Shown here in pieces: positions 61,398 to 64,000 of a stretch of 64,000 nt of DNA. The translations under genes were made by a program, and so were the position numbers. The notes beneath the pieces are model-generated. The model made no database searches. It had not been told where the DNA came from and was given only the letters and a program-made list of their open reading frames with translations. Source of the DNA: Desulfobacterales bacterium (GTDB taxonomy: Bacteria; Desulfobacterota; Desulfobacteria; Desulfobacterales; JAHDSC01); assembly GCA_016931455.1 (NCBI GenBank), contig JAFGES010000125.1, positions 2,561 through 66,560 on the forward strand, written 5' to 3'. Each line of letters opens with the position of its first letter. Within the stretch, counting starts at the first letter, position 1.

Positions 61398-61853
61398 ATG
61401 GGAAACCGAATAGAAGAGGGGATTTCCTTTTTGCGCTCTCAGCATTACGATAAGGCGATTAAGGCTTTTACCGACGCTTTGAAAGAAAATCCTCGCGATG
61501 CAAGCGCCTATTACCATCGGGCAAACGCCTATTATTACCAAGGTGATTATGATCGGGCCATTGACGACTATACGGAAACCTTAGCCATAGATCCTTCAAA
61601 TGCTTTGGCTTACAATAATCGTGGAAACGGCTGGTCGATTAAAGGTGACTATGACCGCGCTATCGATGATTTTACCAAGGCACTGGAAATTGAGCCAAGG
61701 CATGCTTGGGCATATAGCAATCGAGGAAAAGCATGGAGCAGTAAAGGAGATTTTAAAAAGGCCTTGACTGATGGAAGAAAAGCTTTAGAACTCAGTCCGA
61801 AAAATACTACCTATCAAAAGTTTGTGGAGTCAATGGAAGCTAAATTAAAATAG
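61398..61853 (+). CDS. Tetratricopeptide-repeat protein
   Basis: Four consecutive 34-aa repeats of the type AYxNRGxAxxxxGDYDRAIDDYTxALxIDP. Confidence 0.88.
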   Translation: MGNRIEEGISFLRSQHYDKAIKAFTDALKENPRDASAYYHRANAYYYQGDYDRAIDDYTETLAIDPSNALAYNNRGNGWSIKGDYDRAIDDFTKALEIEPRHAWAYSNRGKAWSSKGDFKKALTDGRKALELSPKNTTYQKFVESMEAKLK

Positions 61854-62068
61854 TGATCAACAATTGAAGATTGTAGCAGATTGCCTAAAATAAAATCGAT
61901 AGGTACGGCCTACTTCCCATACCACATTAGTATAGAAAAAAACCTATTTTAAGTCTCAGATTTATGCCTATCATTTGTCTAAAGGTTTTGGCCTATCCGT
62001 TCGAATACAATAGTTATAGAAAAAAATGATTTAATTCATGGAGTCATTAAATAAATCTAAAAATAAAT

Positions 62069-62980
62069 ATGGATAATATAAACAGAATTCAATTTGAAAA
62101 ACCCAATCTTGCTGAATTAACACAAAAATATACTGTTGTTGATATGCACTTTCATACCCGATATTCTGATGGGAAGGATGGGGTAAAAGATGTTGCGGAT
62201 TATGCCTATGAATTAGGTATTGGGATTGCCGTTACAGACCATAATGAAATTAAAGGTGCGGTTGAGATTGATTGCGATAAGCGCGTACTCAGCATTCCCG
62301 GAATTGAAATCACGTCGAAAGAAGGGACTCATTTTCTGATTTATTTTTATGAAATTGAGAGTCTGAAGCAATTCTATGAAAATGATGTAAAGCCATTTAT
62401 GGGTAATGATGTAATGAGTTCCATCTCTTTGGAGATGGAGGAAATTATTCAGCGAACAAAAGCATTTAAGACCCTTTCCATATTCCCGCATCCTTATTCA
62501 ACCGCTTATACAGGCATCTGCAACCTTCATTTTTCAAAAGCCGGACTGAATCGATTATTCGATAGGGTGGATGGCATTGAGGTGATTAATTCGGAAAACA
62601 TCCATAAATGGAATTTAAAAAGTGCTTTATTGGGCTTTAATCTGAATAAAGCGATAACCGGAGGCAGTGATGGCCATCGATTGGCTCATATAGGAAAAAC
62701 AGTAAGCTATGCTGATTGCAAACCGAATCGAAAAGCTTTTCTGGATGCCGTCAAAAAGAAGCAAAATCGAGTCATTGGAAAAGAAATTGATATCCTGCGC
62801 AAGGTTACCTCCAATGGTTTTAAACTTAGAAATAATTTAAGAAATTATCCGGATCTCGTTGAAAAGAATATTAAATACAGCTGTATCGTCATTAATTCAA
62901 AATCAAAGCTGCTACGGGAGAATGTTATCCGTAGCATTCATGAAAGAATCAATAAAAAGCAAAAAAGGAAAGCGGGTTAG
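62069..62980 (+). CDS. PHP-domain phosphoesterase family protein
   Basis: [17 protein letters not shown] and GGSDGH metal-ligand motifs. Confidence 0.75.
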   Translation: MDNINRIQFEKPNLAELTQKYTVVDMHFHTRYSDGKDGVKDVADYAYELGIGIAVTDHNEIKGAVEIDCDKRVLSIPGIEITSKEGTHFLIYFYEIESLKQFYENDVKPFMGNDVMSSISLEMEEIIQRTKAFKTLSIFPHPYSTAYTGICNLHFSKAGLNRLFDRVDGIEVINSENIHKWNLKSALLGFNLNKAITGGSDGHRLAHIGKTVSYADCKPNRKAFLDAVKKKQNRVIGKEIDILRKVTSNGFKLRNNLRNYPDLVEKNIKYSCIVINSKSKLLRENVIRSIHERINKKQKRKAG

Positions 62981-62992
62981 TTTTTCTTATAT

Positions 62993-64000
62993 TCAGAGAT
63001 AGGGTGAGAAGAGCCAGGCGACGGCATCGCGTGTTCGGACGGCCAGAGACCTTTTATCCACCATTTCGAGTGATATCCGGCGTGATCTCTGAATACTTTT
63101 TTGCATATAGTCTGCAAGGATTTTAGTAAATGGTTTGTCGTAAATTTCGATATTAAGCTCGAAATTTAGGCGTAGACTTCTGGGATCGATGTTAGCGGAG
63201 CCGATGTGAGCATAATAGTCGTCTACGATGAATAACTTCGTATGAACAAATGGGGGCAGTTGATAATAAACCTCGACCCCCCGTTGCAGCAATTCCCATA
63301 ATAAATTTTCAGTCGCCCATTGGACAAACGGAAGGTTGCTTTTGGAAGGCAGTACGACCGATACTCCCACACCTCTTAACGCGGCGATCTTGATGGCGGC
63401 AATCAGCTCTCGTGAGGGCAGAAAATAAGGCGTCATGATAAACACTCTCCAGCGAGCGGAAGATACAGCACCGGATAGAATGGTGGCTAGTTTTTCCGGA
63501 TCCTCATTCGGACCTTCGGCAATGGCGCGACAAATTGAATGGCCGCTATATAAAGAAGGAGTTTCGGATGGTGAGAGTTGTTCTCCAGTGCTGAAAAACC
63601 AATCCTCAATGAAGGTCTGTTCGATTTGCTTGACCACCGGTCCCGTCAGCAGAAAATGGGTATCGATCACCCGTGAAAGATTATTGTAGTTTTCAGCTAA
63701 ATGACGATCGCCGATATTCATACCCCCGGTGAAACCGATTTGACCATCGGAGATTAAAATCTTTCTATGATTGCGCAGGTTGATGTTTAACGTCGGAGGG
63801 ATGAGTTTTGGCGGAAGAAATCGTGTAACCCGAACCCCGAGTTTTTGTAGAATTTTTCCGGCGCGGGGGATAGAATATAACTCGCCGATTCCATCCAGCA
63901 TCACCCTGACGTCCACACCGCGTTCGGCTGCATGAGCCAAGGAATTGATAAATTGCTTTCCGGTCCGATTGGTTTCAAAGATATAGGTTGTCAGGAAGAG
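62993..64000 (-). CDS. cls: Cardiolipin synthase (PLD superfamily). The N-terminal part lies outside the window.
   Basis: Two HKD motifs (HRKILISDGQIGFTGGMNIGD and HTKLFIVDDYYAHIGSANID). The frame stays open upstream of the track start (a TTG at 63940) to the window end. Confidence 0.88.
   Translation of the reverse strand, partial: LFLTTYIFETNRTGKQFINSLAHAAERGVDVRVMLDGIGELYSIPRAGKILQKLGVRVTRFLPPKLIPPTLNINLRNHRKILISDGQIGFTGGMNIGDRHLAENYNNLSRVIDTHFLLTGPVVKQIEQTFIEDWFFSTGEQLSPSETPSLYSGHSICRAIAEGPNEDPEKLATILSGAVSSARWRVFIMTPYFLPSRELIAAIKIAALRGVGVSVVLPSKSNLPFVQWATENLLWELLQRGVEVYYQLPPFVHTKLFIVDDYYAHIGSANIDPRSLRLNFELNIEIYDKPFTKILADYMQKSIQRSRRISLEMVDKRSLAVRTRDAVAWLFSPYL

Noticed and set aside
1-64000. 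CRISPR arrays, tRNA/rRNA genes, IS elements and known multi-gene defence systems
   Set aside because: I noticed no regularly spaced repeats, no tRNA-like T-arm/acceptor patterns in intergenic regions, and no transposase, RT, nuclease-helicase or other defence-island-type ORFs among the translations. Only a by-eye scan was possible, so short elements could have been missed.

Overview
The window is a gene-dense, mostly core-genome stretch of about 58 CDS with moderately low GC. I recognised no rRNA, tRNA, CRISPR array, transposase or integrase. Gene content (an in-frame-UGA selenoprotein, a PEP-CTERM protein, a MoeA-PBP fusion, a GldA/F/G-like ABC system, many response-regulator and MarR genes) suggests a Desulfobacterota-like anaerobe; that is inference only. 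Housekeeping genes read from the translations: nadC (partial), lepA, leuC/leuD-type dehydratase, trmJ-like, ndk, thrS, rnd, hrpA, uppP, phosphomannomutase, two moeA genes, epmA and cls (partial). I did not find a large, obviously novel multi-gene system. The points most worth a second look are: (1) a HesB/IscA-like gene at 10079-10399 that is only intact if the UGA at 10175-10177 is read as selenocysteine, with a SECIS-like hairpin directly downstream; the ORF track splits it. (2) An orphan CI-type/S24 autocleavable repressor at 22254-22907. The same TGTTTAT-N4-ATAAACA palindrome overlaps its own predicted -10 element and sits inside a perfect 38-bp palindrome in front of a small 2-TM protein gene. 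(3) A rhomboid protease fused to a DnaJ C-terminal-type domain. (4) An apparent operon of a hydantoinase-like ATPase, an HDAC-family amidohydrolase with an extra Cys4 ribbon, and EpmA. (5) Several structured or repeated non-coding elements. All functional calls come from motif-level reading of the translations, with no database search, and start codons were refined by eye from RBS context.
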